From positions 29,280,628 through 29,344,627 of the forward strand of contig OZ037767.1 of the NCBI GenBank assembly GCA_964035545.1: a stretch of 64,000 nucleotides of DNA, given 5' to 3'. Position numbers and translations under genes: made by a program. This DNA is from Bugula neritina. Lineage: Eukaryota; Animalia; Bryozoa. The notes below the pieces were generated by a model. The model was not told where the DNA came from. It ran no database searches and worked only from the letters and a program-made list of their open reading frames with translations. Positions 14,869 to 31,300 of the stretch are shown here, piece by piece; position 1 is the stretch's first letter, and each line of letters begins with the position of its first letter.

Positions 14869-16506
14869 AATTTTTATCTCAATAGCGGAACAAAGCTTTA
14901 CTTATTGGCAGATATTTCACTCCTATGCATACTTTGTATGGAGTTCCTGTCTGGTTATTCACTTCACATCTTATATTCCTGTGTTTCTATCATGGTTCAG
15001 CATTTGTTTTTCCTTCATACAGGCAGATCTATTATAGAAAGTAAAAGAGTGTGTTAATATTTAATATAATATATTTATTCAGTAACCCACGGCTTGCTTT
15101 CCTCCTTATATCATTCAACTTATATAATCAGCATTGGCCTACTACATAGCAATTTAAAGCTATTGTTAGACATTAGTGCAGCTTATTGCTGCCGTATAAT
15201 GGCTAAATACTTTTAATGCTGTCATTATTTTCTTATTAAAATGTTTTTAATAAATTTGTTGTCACTTTTTTTGTTCTTTAAAGTTCAATTTTATATTTTG
15301 TATCTACCTAAACAAGATAGAAGAACAAAATATAAATATTTCTTTTTGCCATATTTGTTCTTTCATTGCTGGATCAGTCTTACAATTACTTCATTTATAA
15401 CTCAGCTAAATTGACACTGATTACCCTTTGTTAATTACTAAAGGTATTGAGTGAGTGCAGGTAGATGCTCTACACCGCTCTACACTGCCTTCGTATGTCA
15501 AGGGGTGGCTACCATCATAAATATTTAGAGGTGAATATCAAAGATACTCAAAATAATGTGGGTACATGACAATACGTTAGCTAGTCCCTTTTCCATAGTG
15601 GTATTACTTTGAACTAGTCTTGAAGTATTACATTTAATATGCTCGTTTCTGATATATAACCACCTCATATATTATAAACTGCAAATATAGTTATGTGATG
15701 GAATCACTTATATGTAGGCCAGCATTATAACATGATTATGATTGAGCATAACATTCAAATTATGTTTTCTAATAAACAGAAGGAGACTCTTTCAGAAATT
15801 AAAACTAAAAATTAGATTCTTGGTACAGTTTTTGTTCAAATAAATGTGATGCAAGAAACTCATGCAGCTCTAAATTGAGATGAAACTTTCAAATTAGTAA
15901 GAAGTTAAGTCTTGCATGGTGACCCCTCTAATATGTAAACCTCTTAGGTATACAGTTTTTAGGTTAAGCAACAGCTATAGTTATTACGTTCTAACCTACT
16001 CTTGATGCTGTAGTATTGCAATACCAATTTTTTGCAACTTATCAATTTCAAAAATTCCTTACCTGATGAATAATAGACCCATTACATAGATCATTATAAG
16101 CACATGATAACATCACTCAATTGAAGTTAGTAGAATGACTATTGTACGGCGGTTTTTAAGTATCTGGCAATTATACCTAACAACAAAACCAATTTTATCT
16201 GCACGCTTTTAGCTTGGTAAAAATATGTACAATATACAATATTTACATGCTGCATTTGGATGTTACAAAACTTCTCCATAGTTGATGGCTATAAAAATAA
16301 TGCTAGAATATATACACTCTCACCAATGGTGTGTTTACATTGTGTAAGATAGGAGTGTGTGTATTAACATACTATATTCTGGTGTCTTTAGTGGTTCATT
16401 CATATAGCATATGATGGTTCTCATAACCCATTTATATCATAGAACAGAGTCTAGCCAATTCAAACAAGTGTAGTTCCTTAACTTTCAGTATCGGTGAGCT
16501 GCTAAA

Positions 16507-19119
<2,613 letters not shown>

Positions 19120-20243
19120 TTGGTCGCACAGGATCAGTCGTTACTGTGATTATCTATTATTTCCCTTAATTAAAATCTAATTATGTTAATTTGTTATATT
19201 CATGATGAAACTAGTTATTATTAGAACTATATAAGAAAATGCTAAACATTAGTTTTATCATTTATTGGAGTCTTGCATATTCGTGTTGATTAATTAAAAA
19301 ATTAAACTTTTGTTTCTAAAAATATAACAGACTAACTATTTCTATGCACTAAGTTTTACACAAAAAGGTCAGCACTATAAAATATATATTGTATTATGCA
19401 TGTTTCAGCACTTTCTGAGCGTAGCAAAAGCTGTCATAGCACTGATTGGTTAAGAGGGATCAATTGAATGAGCAAAATGATGTGTTGAACATTATGTAGG
19501 TAAACTATATGATTTGACTAGTCAAAAACTTAACAAAAGATGGCAAGATAAAAAGCAATTAAAATATAAAAAGCAGCCATAATTTACCCTGATTGGCTGC
19601 AACAAAAGGAGTAGATTTTAAGTTACAAGTATTTTTACACAGCTACAAAATCTATAAAAATAAACTATGCCAAAAGTGTTCACAAACATCTGCAAATATG
19701 TAATAAATATGTTCGTTGAAAATTGTCAAAACTGCAAAAATGCAACTCAGCTGGACTAAATCACATTGATGCTATGCTGACCCAATAGTAAAATCATCTT
19801 AGTGTTGAAGGTACAAAGGTGACAAGCTTATATACTATAGTATCAATATTGACTTAATATTAATATGTTTTATTCCCTATAGTGTCAACCGTTCTGTTGC
19901 TAATTTGGGCTTTACTGTAGAAGTTTCAACTGAATATATTTACTGTTAATTTAAAATATATTACTCCTAAAGTTTATGTAAAATACTGGTCAGGTTGATA
20001 CTTTTACACCACACATTTGAATACTTTGAGAGTTGTCATCAATAACTAACGCTAGTTAAGTCACATTTTAAGCTGTTACACAAAACTAGTTCTATTCATA
20101 CTTAAAATCTACTTTTCTTAGTTCAAACATGATTCTTGTCTTACATTATGTTTCATTTCACACCAAGTAAGAGTTCATGTTAGTCTGTTGTTCTTTACTA
20201 AGACACAGCCCTGCAGTATATGAGAACATTGCAGGATCACATG

Positions 20244-23200
20244 CTACCTTCTCTTTGAAGAGTGTGAAGGATATTCTTTGGGTTTTAAGCCGACATTTGC
20301 TTTGAAGCTTTCAAACTGTTCATTCTCTGCTTTAGTCATGGCATCATTCAGCAAATAAATAATCCGTCTTTGCTGTTTTCTCAACTCCTGCCCTCGTTCT
20401 TTCGCTTCTTTGGCTTCCACTTTTAACTTTTCTGCTTGCTTAACTACAAATAACCAACAATTATTAACAAAAATATAAGTGACTGTAACAGGCAATCTAC
20501 ATTTATATATAGTCCCAAGTCAAGAGAGTTTGTGATGGTAAAAACCAGTAGATGAACTGTGGATTTTGCGTCAAACCATGTTGAAGAAATAGTTGGGAGC
20601 CTTCAAAGTACGCCCCTTTTTAATCAAGTATGCTCTTCTGGCTAACTAGCTTTACTATAGAGTTATGTAATCTACTGCATCAGTACAACGTTGTTCGAGC
20701 TGTGTCTCACATATCATATATATTATATATGTCTCAAATCAACAGGAGTTGATATTAAAAGAGATGCTGCTTTAGGATAATACACTTACTTCTTTCTTTG
20801 TCACTTTCTACTTTTTTCATAATCTTCAACTTGGCTTTTATTTGCTGCTTGGCCTATATAAATAAATAAATGAATAAGTCTGAGTTCAAGAAGCAGTAAG
20901 CTTCACTCAACCTATTACAATTAATTTTTTCCCTGCTCTCGTTATGCCTTATGTATATATTTATAAGGAAAATATAAGGAACATCCAAAGAAAAGTTACT
21001 TTGTGGTTATTTCTGGTCTAAGTTGTTTAATATTTAAAAGAGAAATATATTCAAAAGCTCTGTAAAAAGTCTACAAGCATAAGTTTACAACTCATAGAAG
21101 CAGGTAGTGAGCGCAAGAAGTTGTCTTACCATGTTATCTGACAAGCTGGGAATATAGTCATACTTCTTTAACATTTCTAAACTCGGTGTACAAGGAGGTG
21201 CTGATGGGTGCAATGACTGCGTTGAACTTTTCTCTGCCACAGAAATATCCGCAGACTGCTTCTGAGATAAAAATACCTGCAAAAATAAAACAATTAATAT
21301 TAAATTGGAGTACAAATATTATATATATAATTTTCTCAGCGTTTCTAATTTGTTGTGCAAAATATGACAACATGAAAAGTAAGAATAGATTATTTTTATT
21401 TAGCGAGATAACCACTTGTAAGGTCGATATGCTAAAAAACTTAATTGAAAACAAGAGCATGGCCCATAAATTGGAAAAGATAGCCCCAAAATAATTTATT
21501 GTCCATAAACTGTAAACCATTTTGCATGAATTAATACATGAAAATTATACAGACGCAATTGATCATGCTTATTGTAAATTACTTTGTGTAATAATGCACA
21601 TGCACAAGAAAACACCTAACTGTCTAAATAGATCGACTTGCATGAATTTAGGCTGGCATACTAGAAATTTGCTAAAACAGCTGAAAAAGTGAAAAGTAGA
21701 TGAGGCATAAAATGCAAATCAGTTTATTATTGGAAATATATGTGCTAATTCAGTTATATATACATGTGTATATATAACTGAATTAGCACATATATGGTTA
21801 TAAATTATGATATTTTACATACTTTGATTGCTTTAGTACTGGAGGTAGTAAACTCGGGTTTTCCCATCTTATTCTCATCAACAGAAAGCCTATGAGTTAT
21901 ATTTTTTCCTGTCCTATTTTTTTCAATTCGATGGTGTTTGTGTGGTATAGAGGCTCTTCCTTTATGCAGATTGTTAACTACAGAACTTGAGTTGGTGTTA
22001 CTCTTTTGCTTGCTATGATTATTCAAGTTAATTCTACTTAAGGAACTTGCACTATTCTCTCGCTTCATACTCAAGTTGGGGGACCCAGGCTTTGATTGGT
22101 ACACCTGATAGGTTTTCTAGAAGAAATATAAAACACTTACCGAATGAGTAACAGTTTTAACAATAAGTAAGAACATAACAAGTAATCAGTCTCATATATC
22201 AATAATATTTATCAATTATCATTGCTAATTATATTTATGCAGGTATTAAGTTCACTGCTGAGATGAATAAAAGCACTTAATAACATTATTTGTAAAAATA
22301 AATATTTAAAGAATCTTAATTGAACTCATTTTGAATGTGAAATATTTTATAATTTTTAAAATAGATTTTGCTTTTGTCTTTTAGACTCAGTTTGTTGAAA
22401 TATTGAAAAATGTGCAGTTCAATATCAACAATAGTAACTTTCAGTTGTTCTGCCACTTAGCCTTAGTATTTAGATTTGTAATCACCTGATGAGAAATTAG
22501 ATTTAAAAAGCTCATTTTGCTCTGTAAATAAACTCTGAACAGGTTTGTGAACATACCATTGCATTGAAAATAAAGATATAGCAAATTATGGAATGAAAAT
22601 TTATGAAGACTAACCCTTTGACTAGAGAGGTGAGAAAATTCATTACTATGTCTAAGTACTTGAGGAGATATTGGTTGCTTGTTGGAATTACTAGTGTGAG
22701 AGAATTTCCTACTCAGAACTTTCACTCCACCTAAACAAAGGATACAACAGTCATGGTAGGTCAACCCTTACAGTTATTATTAAATATATAAAGAAAGCTA
22801 ATCAAAATGACAAAATCCACAACTGAATAAAAGCATATAAAATATAGTTTATAATTGACAGTACATTTTATTGCACTAGGAATTGCAAAAAAATTGTATA
22901 GTGTTTATATAATTACCAATATTTTTATTGTATTAGGAATTGCAAGAAAATTGTATGAAACAAAATAGTGTTTATATAATTACCATATTTTGATAAATTA
23001 TTAAATGCTTAAAATCTTGTCACTTGTAGTTTTCGTATTTTGAGGTATTAAGAAACAAAAATAAAAAGCTATCAATGATTGCAAAAGCAGTAAACCATCT
23101 AATAATTAAATGTAAGTAAAATTGCTTGATTGTTTAATTTCTGCATGAGTTTTGGCCTTTGCATATTACTACAACAGTTGAGAAATAGCAAATGACTACT

Positions 23201-23648
23201 TATTTAAATTACTCATACTAAAAGCCATAAAGACTAAAGAGGCTCATAGATTTAGATAAATAGAAAATATGATTTCAACAAAAACTGATGAAACTGTAAG
23301 AAATAGATCTTTGATACCTATACTGAAAGTTTCTTGATTGCCAGAGTTGATTGTAATGCCCGAGTTTGATTGCAATAGAGTTGCATTAAGAAGCTGTCTG
23401 TCATACTTAGATTTCTTCTTTATGTGCAAACTAACAGCAGATTTAATTCTTGTGGGCTGTACAGCTATATAACTTTGTGATCCAGTGCCTAGAAGTAAAG
23501 TATACCGGAAGTTTAAACAACCGCGCCTTAAATTGAATACTATAGAGAACAACTAAAGCTAGATATAAGATTTAGATTACAACAAAAGATTTAGACTTTA
23601 CTAACCTGCATCATATTGTATTGAAGGAAGAATATTGCTAATGTTCAT
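20244..23648 (-). CDS. About 356-aa Ser/Lys/Asn-rich protein with a C-terminal SVBP (CCDC23)-like helix; exons 23648-23606, 23488-23318, 22730-22615, 22521-22486, 22116-21823, 21276-21130, 20853-20790, 20443-20244
   Basis: Eight GT-AG exons sum to 1071 nt with all phases matching. The C-terminus QELRKQQRRIIYLLNDAMTKAENEQFESF aligns with human SVBP [29 protein letters not shown] as recalled. Confidence 0.75.
21736..21795. repeat. Perfect 29-bp inverted repeat with a 2-nt loop
   Basis: ATATATGTGCTAATTCAGTTATATATACA-TG-TGTATATATAACTGAATTAGCACATATAT. Confidence 0.95.
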
Positions 23649-24699
23649 CACAAGTTCTGCTATCTCACATAGCTACATCTATTCTTGCAAATTCTAAAAT
23701 GTATAAAATACCAAGAAAATGCAAAAAATATTGCATTAAAAACCCAAAACAAATTTAGAAAAGTAAATGTTTGTTAATAGCATTTATATTTATAAAAAAA
23801 TATATTAAATATTTTCATTTAAATTAAAATAGAATGGTATATTTTTAGTGGGCTTGCTTAGATATTATTTTAAACTTTAGTTTAATTATTAGTAAAAATG
23901 TCATTGCTTTTCAAAAGTTTAACTTTGTTATTTAGTTTTAATATAGGTTGATGTTAAGCTTAGTAGTTTAAACTGAAATGTAAAAAAACTGAGAAGATAA
24001 TTGAAATCAATAAAAACATTAACATTAGATTTAGCAAAACTGTTTACAGCTGTGAGCTGAGCTATCATTATGATTGCTAACACTACATTTATATAAAAAT
24101 TTCAACTTTTTTATCAACATATGCTAAATTGCCACTGCTAAAAAAGTCATTTTTGTTATAGTTATTTGACAGTCAGTCATAAAAACTCTGAGTTATTTAC
24201 TATTTAGTGAATAATAATAAGGATATATGTTTACACTTTATTTTTAGGTTAAAAATCACAATATAAATACAACTTCAACTTTGGATTTATCTTATACTAA
24301 GCCTATTAGTAATATTAATAATAATAGTAATACTACATTAATGTCTAATAGCAATTCAATAATTACAATACTCATCCACATGGAGTTGGACACCTGCCCA
24401 TGGTGATGGACTTTATTTTGAACTAACTTGTTATTAATTATGTAAAACTAAGGATAAAGTTTATATAGGAACAAATTAATTGAAGTATATTATAGATAGA
24501 TATTAAAGAGGCCTTTTAAAAAAAGAAGCCTAATAGATAGCCAGATGTTGCAATATGAATGTGAATAACCCCACAATAACAATAACATCATAGTAGCAGT
24601 GGGACAGTGTGGATGCTGTCATAGTAACCTCTCACAAAATACGAAGATCTACGATACATAACAACCTTGACCCAAGTTAGCAGATCCGGCTTTGTTATT

Positions 24700-26250
24700 T
24701 TGGTTCAACATGAACTTATAGTTATGCAATTACTATTGTAGTTATGCACTTATAGTTATTACTTTATGCTTATAGTTATACTAGTACTTAAACTTATAGG
24801 CATTGATTTGATTTTTAGTAATCAGCGCCACTACCTGTGCTATGTTACAAATACATACTGATAGTGAGACTGTAGTACTAGTGGACGAGAGATGTTAAAA
24901 TTGAACTGAAAATGAAATTCAAACTGAAAGTGAATCTAATTGTAGAAATAGATGTAATGACTAATGACTCACAATTGAAGATTTAGTTTTATAATTTAAA
25001 TTGCGAAGACTCACAGTCAGTGTCACTCACTCTCAGATTGTGAAGTGTGAAGACCTATGGCGACCGCTATCATCGAGTTATACTTGTAGTTGTACATTGT
25101 CATTGTGATTGATTCTTAAACTAACACTAACAGTAACAGTAAGTGTAACAATAATACTAATAGTAATACTAATAGTAATACTAATAATAATACTTATACT
25201 TATTAGGTTATAGTAATAGTAACACTATTTAAGTATTTTACTTAAACTTTAAGTTATGAGATTAAAATTGTAATATAAATTTCAAGTTCAAGATGATAAT
25301 CATAATCATAATCAACCTCAATTTAAATTGCAATATTAATATGAATATCAAATTCAATATGAAATTGAATATGAACACTTATAATTAAAGTATTTAATAA
25401 AGACCTGTAAGTGTAAGTACTATTAGTATAAATACCTAAAAGTAAAAGTGTGTTTATAAAATTAAAAAATTTATTCAACTATAAAAATAACAATATTGAT
25501 ATTAATAACAATAAATTTGTGATATACTTATAATATATACTTATAATTATAGTAATACTATACTATTGTAATGGATTTTAACGCTCTAGTAATTATATCG
25601 CGTCACTATTATAATGGACTTAGCGTAACTTTGTAAATACTGTAAATGCTGTAATTATAGCTAAGCTCCTTGCGTAGCTTTCTAATGCCTCAAATATTGT
25701 AATTATAGCTAAGCTTAGTGTAGTAAATAGCGTAATGATTGTGAATTGCCCTTCCTATTATTTTTTTGTTTGTTTACTGTAATAGTTTTTGTGAGTTGTA
25801 TTCCCTCGCACTCGTTTTCTTTTTATTATATGTAAGCCGAGACTCGTGCGAAGTCGGAGACCGAAGACACGATGTCGGAGGGACCTGCCCGAGATCGGGC
25901 AGCACTCCCTCCGATGTCGGTCGGCGGAACCCCGACGTTCGCACGAGTTTCGGCCCCTCATTAGTGGCGGGAATTCCCCCCTATATAAGTGCGAAGCTTT
26001 TCAAAGTTGATTCATTCTTGTACTGGAGCTCGAAGCAGTCAGAAGAAATAAATACTCATAGATTCATTTTAATCAAGACTCTTTATTTCTCTCACAATAA
26101 CTGGCATGCAGACTACTAGTCTATTCTTATAATCCACAAAATCACAACACTATTACTAGTACTAATAGTACTACTTTTATTGGTATTATTAATAGTAATA
26201 CTATTATTTATTATTTTACTATTACTATTATACTTATACTAGTAGTCCGA
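24700..26250. repeat. Cryptic hexamer-phased tract between the divergent SVBP-like and ASB genes, interrupted by the solo LTR
   Basis: For example AACTAA CACTAA CAGTAA CAGTAA GTGTAA CAATAA TACTAA TAGTAA TACTAA TAGTAA; the pattern resumes after 26150. Confidence 0.7.
25567..26149 (+). mobile_element. Solo LTR, 583 bp, probably Gypsy-type
   Basis: TGT...ACA termini; 4-bp TSD CTAT (25563-25566 and 26150-26153); a GC-rich U3-like block; TATATAA at about 25982; AATAAA at about 26047. Composition differs sharply from the flanks. Confidence 0.8.
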
Positions 26251-28392
26251 TACAGCTTTTCATATCATTATGACAACTTGCATGTCTTATGTTTCAAAAC
26301 TCTATTCTGGTGTCTTTTTCCAGAGTGGCCTATTATTTATAACAAACGAATTAGTTGTTTAAAAATTATTGTTGAAGATACAGTACCATATATTCATATT
26401 TGGGATAAAATTTGTCTCAATTGCACCTTGTCTAAGTTTAGGTTTTGAATGCTTCCCTTTACTAGTCAGAATAAATGTAATTATACAGTCTGTACCAGCT
26501 ATGGTATCTGTGCATGTGTCTTGGTTATTTGACTTTTAAGAGTGTCACTTATAGAATTTTGTATTGAATACTAAATATTTGTATCTTTGAGTTTTTAGGC
26601 AGAATAAATTACATAAGTTTGCTCACATTGCATAGAAATATCAACTTATACACGTAATGTTTATTTAATCTGCAGTTTGTATTTTTGTTTTGGAAATTTC
26701 TAGCAATTTTGTTGAAAGTTTGGCCTGAAGTCGTATGCCATATTTTAAGTGTTGAACTAGTAATCAATGTTCCAAAGAACAACTAAAAACTACAAATTTA
26801 CTCTTAGCTAATTGCAGTTGAAAGAAATGAAAACCTAAAACTGGCTAAATGTGTTTTCTTTATTTTCAGAAAAATAGCGTCCAATTCATAACGTTTTGCT
26901 AGCAGTTGAGTTTTAATTTTAGTATAAGGAGCTACTTCATTATACAATGCTATTATAGCCAACTGATAAATGAAAATAACTTGATATATATTTAGATAAC
27001 TGCAATTCAAAGAGAACACAATGCTTTGCTGAGTGTATGCTATTATGATGCTAAGTTGTTGATAAATTAAAATGTATAAATAATGTGTTTTATCATTAAG
27101 GATCTGTACCATTCAAATTTAACATCACATGTCAAATTAACACTCAATTTATCATCCAATTATTGGCTGGCTTTAGACAGCCTGTTGGTTTTACAATCTT
27201 GCGTGGTACTTTTTAGTGCTTCTAGTGCAAGGCCCAACTGGTTTATAGTAAAACGTTATTGTCACATTATTTTGTATTGACTTTAAGCTGCAAATTTTCA
27301 ATGCGACTAAAAATTTGCTGTGTTGCTGTGTACACTTCCACTTCTTATTTTTTACTCAACTAGAAATGCAACCACTGTCTATTAGATTTAGACTGGATTA
27401 TGTAGTGGTCCAAAGATTATGTTACTCTAGAGTCTAGTCTATATAATGTCTTGCATTGCAAATATAAAATTAAAAGTTTTGAACAGCCATGTCTTTTTAG
27501 CATTTCAGTATAACTTTTTGAAGAGGACAAAATAGCTTGCTAACAAAGTATTTTATATACTAATAGCTTTTATATATGACACTACATACACATGAATTAG
27601 TTCTGTGTCCAGTTAGACCCTAGTTAATGATTTGTTATTGTCCAATTAAAAGAGTTGACTTATTTTCAGAAAAGTTGTACAGTTTATGCAATTTTATAAG
27701 GTCCCATCAACAAGTCCAAGGAAATTGTGTGCGGGTAAAATATTTCAGCTAGTTATTGTACCTTGTTATTCCACTGTTTGCTACAAAATGAATTTAACAC
27801 AATGTTTAAAAGAACTGACCTTTTTTGTTTTAGACATGTTAACCCAATAACCCAATAAATAGAATACAATATTCCTCAGTAGAAACAACTAGTTACAGCT
27901 GGTCTGTGACACTTATCAACAGCTATATGAACTATTAGAACCTGAACTGCCCTGTCTATTTGCATTGGATTTGTGCCACGTTGTTTACTAGCATCATGTA
28001 CTGTATTAGGCAGTAAGTACCAGTTATTGTGTAATCTTAGAGCGTGCACTCTGCACTCTGCACCCTGCCCAGGGTCAATAGATTGCGGGCTGATTTCAGC
28101 TTGTTTACTGAGCTGTGATTGGTGGGTTTTAGACAAGCCTGTTTGACATATTCGTACATAATCACTCATCACCGTGTAGGCGAATTTCTTAAGCCTGGAA
28201 TTATAATCGCGGTGGTGGGCGGTGTCTATGTATTGCCTCTATTTTTGTGTGTTTATGCCATGAGATTTTGGCTATAGATTATCATGCCATATATTTTCAG
28301 ATAGTTGCTAGGCATATTGGGTGCAGCTGATTGCCAGCATGAAGTCAACATGTGTGCTGAATAGCAGCTGATTTAGTAATTTCTAGAGGTGA

Positions 28393-31300
28393 ATGAAAAG
28401 CAGCACCATGTCTCGCGCATTGATCTCTTTGAAATCTGTGCAATGCAGTCTGTGGAATCTTTGGTTATGGCTTATAGAGATCTGGGGTATGAGAGTCTTG
28501 TTATTTGCTATCCTTACTTGTTGGCGTTTTACTTCCTATGCTATGTTATTTGTTGTATTAAAACACTGGCTCTCTTGTGGAAAAGTTTAGAATGTATTGT
28601 CTATTTTTTTGAGAGCTGGTTTGCATCCTCCCAGGGCCCACCGAGTTGTTGATGCTGATTGTTTTTCTCCATAGATGTTAAATTTATAACATGGAACTAG
28701 AATGCTTCAATTGAGACAAATTATGAAATACAAATAGCGTGCTGCCATAATTAGCAGAAATATGAGCTTTGCTAAAAATAGGTTTTTGTATCTAAATTTT
28801 AACTGCAAGTTTAATTCTTTGTTTGGCCTACAAAATTTGTGAATTTTCTTACTGCACATGAGCCATACCTGCACGTTTCATTTTGTTCTTTACTTACTTT
28901 GTGTTTCTGTTATATAAAATTAATCTATTTATTAGTTGCTCCGTTAAGTTCAGCCACTTAAAAACTGCAACTAGGTTGAAAGTGTAAGTCCCTTTCACTC
29001 ATTAAAAATATGTCTCTTTGAATCAACGTAACATCTAGGCAAAATTTTGTTCATGCTACTTAAGCAATTTTTTTAAACTAAGCCAGGGGTAGATTTATGA
29101 AAAATTGTCCATCAACATAAACTAACGATTTAATACCCAAAAACTAAACTAAGTTATGAACCTAAGCTAAAGTAAATCTACATTTTAAATTCAGCTCTTT
29201 TTGCCTGTTTGAATTTTCATATAAAATAGCTTTCTCCCTGCTGACAGTATGAATTATATATTGCCTCTAGGGAGCTGAGGCTATTGAATAACTGGTTGCT
29301 GTTGGTAAATGAATAATAAATGGAGCATCTGCTCTCATTGTTCAAATTAATACTATAGAGTGTAAACTGTAGAGTAGAGTATTATATGTCACCTGCCTGC
29401 CACCTTGCTGTAATGTGTGTCTACTCTATACTATCTACTCTATACTGTATACACTCTACTCTATACTTTATACACTCTACTCTATACTATATACTATCTA
29501 CTCTATACTTTATACTGTCTACTCTATACTATCTACTTTATACTATCTACGCTACATTATATACTCTATACTGTCTACTCTACATTATATACTCTATACT
29601 GTCTACTCTATTTTGTCTACGCTATACTATATACACTATACTGTCTACTCTATACTGTCTACTCTATACTGTATACTCTGTACTATATGCTCGCTGCCTA
29701 TGCTGCCTACAGAGTTCCTCGTGCTGATGACGCTGGGGGTGCACCCAGCCAGAAGTATTCTGACTCTGCATCGAGTCTCCAAGGAGACCACCGAGGTAGT
29801 CAACACTTGTCTGGAGGTGTACAGCAGGTCCGCAGTCGGCTCTTCTCTCTCCCAAATCAAAGATCTGTTGTCGAGCTGCGACCCTCTCAGTATTGCCAAG
29901 CTCAGCACGGATTCCGGGTAGGTGTGACAACTTCCTCTCTGTCACCAGTGTGGGTTGTAAGGGTCAAGGTTATTCTTGCTGTCGCAGTGACATGGTGTCT
30001 CTGAATTTATGGGTCTTGCTATTCAGTATCTATGTTAACATAATTCTGAAGTGGAATATCTGCAGAATACTAGGTAAGGGATATCTGCAGAATACTAGGT
30101 AAGGGATATCTGCAGAATATTGGGTAAGGGAGATCTGCAGAATACTGGGTAAGGGATATCTGCAGAATACTAGGTAAGGGATATCTGCAGAATACTAGGT
30201 AAGGAACATGTGCAGAATATTGGGTAAGGGAGATCTGCAGAATACTAGGTAAGGGAATATCTGCAGAATACTAGGTAAGGGATATGTGCAGAATGCTAGG
30301 TAAGGGAGATTTGCAGAATACTGTACATTATTTCGATAGAAGCACTGTTTAGAAATTAATTGCTAGTTATGCTGCAGCTCATAAACATTGACACAACTAG
30401 ACACTTCCAGTTAGTTCCAACAGGTTTTTTGCAGGGATTTTATAAAAAACTGCAGCTTAAGAATTTATTATATTTCGCAATAAAGACACTGGCAGAAGAA
30501 CATCTGCACCAAGCTGTAAGGTTGACACTGAATGGAAACAACATGTATTAAATAAAACCACCTAAAAATATGTGCTGCATAGTGTATTCTAATCTGATAG
30601 TTTTACTGGGAGTGATTATTCTCACTGAAATTTATTAGTGTGAAGAAATTTACTGAAAATGTGTGAACAATGTGCCCATGAAGTACCGCTGCTGTCCATT
30701 CTAATAATGTTTCATGTATATGGTATTATGTGCAAAGAATCAAGTGTAATATTACGGTGCTCTTTGGTGTCATTTGGGAGTTGTCAGCTCTATTTTATAG
30801 GCTGAATTAAACTTATGTGGTATATAATAATTAATAATTTTGCTAAATTGTTTTGTAACAAATGTAAAGATAAAAACATGCCATATGTTGTGTCAATGTC
30901 TATGATTATGAAAGATGGGCTGCAGTTTTACTTGCAGCAGATCTCCTGTGGAAATGGCCTTGTACAGTACTATGTTGCAGATATCACTTGTTACAACATT
31001 CAGTAGATATATACTGTTGCAATTTTTTTTAAATTTATCATGCTACAAACTCTTTTGATAAATTTTGCTATTATTTTTTTGGAAATAGTTTGTTTCATCA
31101 TTTTGTTAATGTTACCTGTTGAGATATTCTGTAGGTATAACCTGTTGAAATGTTCTGTAGGTGTAACCTGTTGAGACATTATGTAGGTGTAACCTGTTGA
31201 AATATTCTGTAGGTATAACCTGTTGAGATATCCTGTAGGTATAACCTGTTACAACTGGCGGTACTGAAGAGCGATATAGAGTTCACGGAGTATCTTCTTG

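Noticed and set aside
22860-22990. ~55-bp direct duplication in an intron
   Set aside because: An ordinary local tandem duplication with no further structure.
25758-26119. GC-rich ORFs on both strands
   Set aside because: They lie inside the solo LTR and show no recognisable protein motifs.
28389-28652. Alternative frame (NEKQHHVSRIDL...) for the first ASB exon
   Set aside because: Its phase does not join the downstream frame that leads into the ankyrin repeats.
29386-29727. Y/L/S-rich ORFs here, and similar repeat ORFs at 34071-34655 and 63593-63948
   Set aside because: Translations of intronic tandem repeats.
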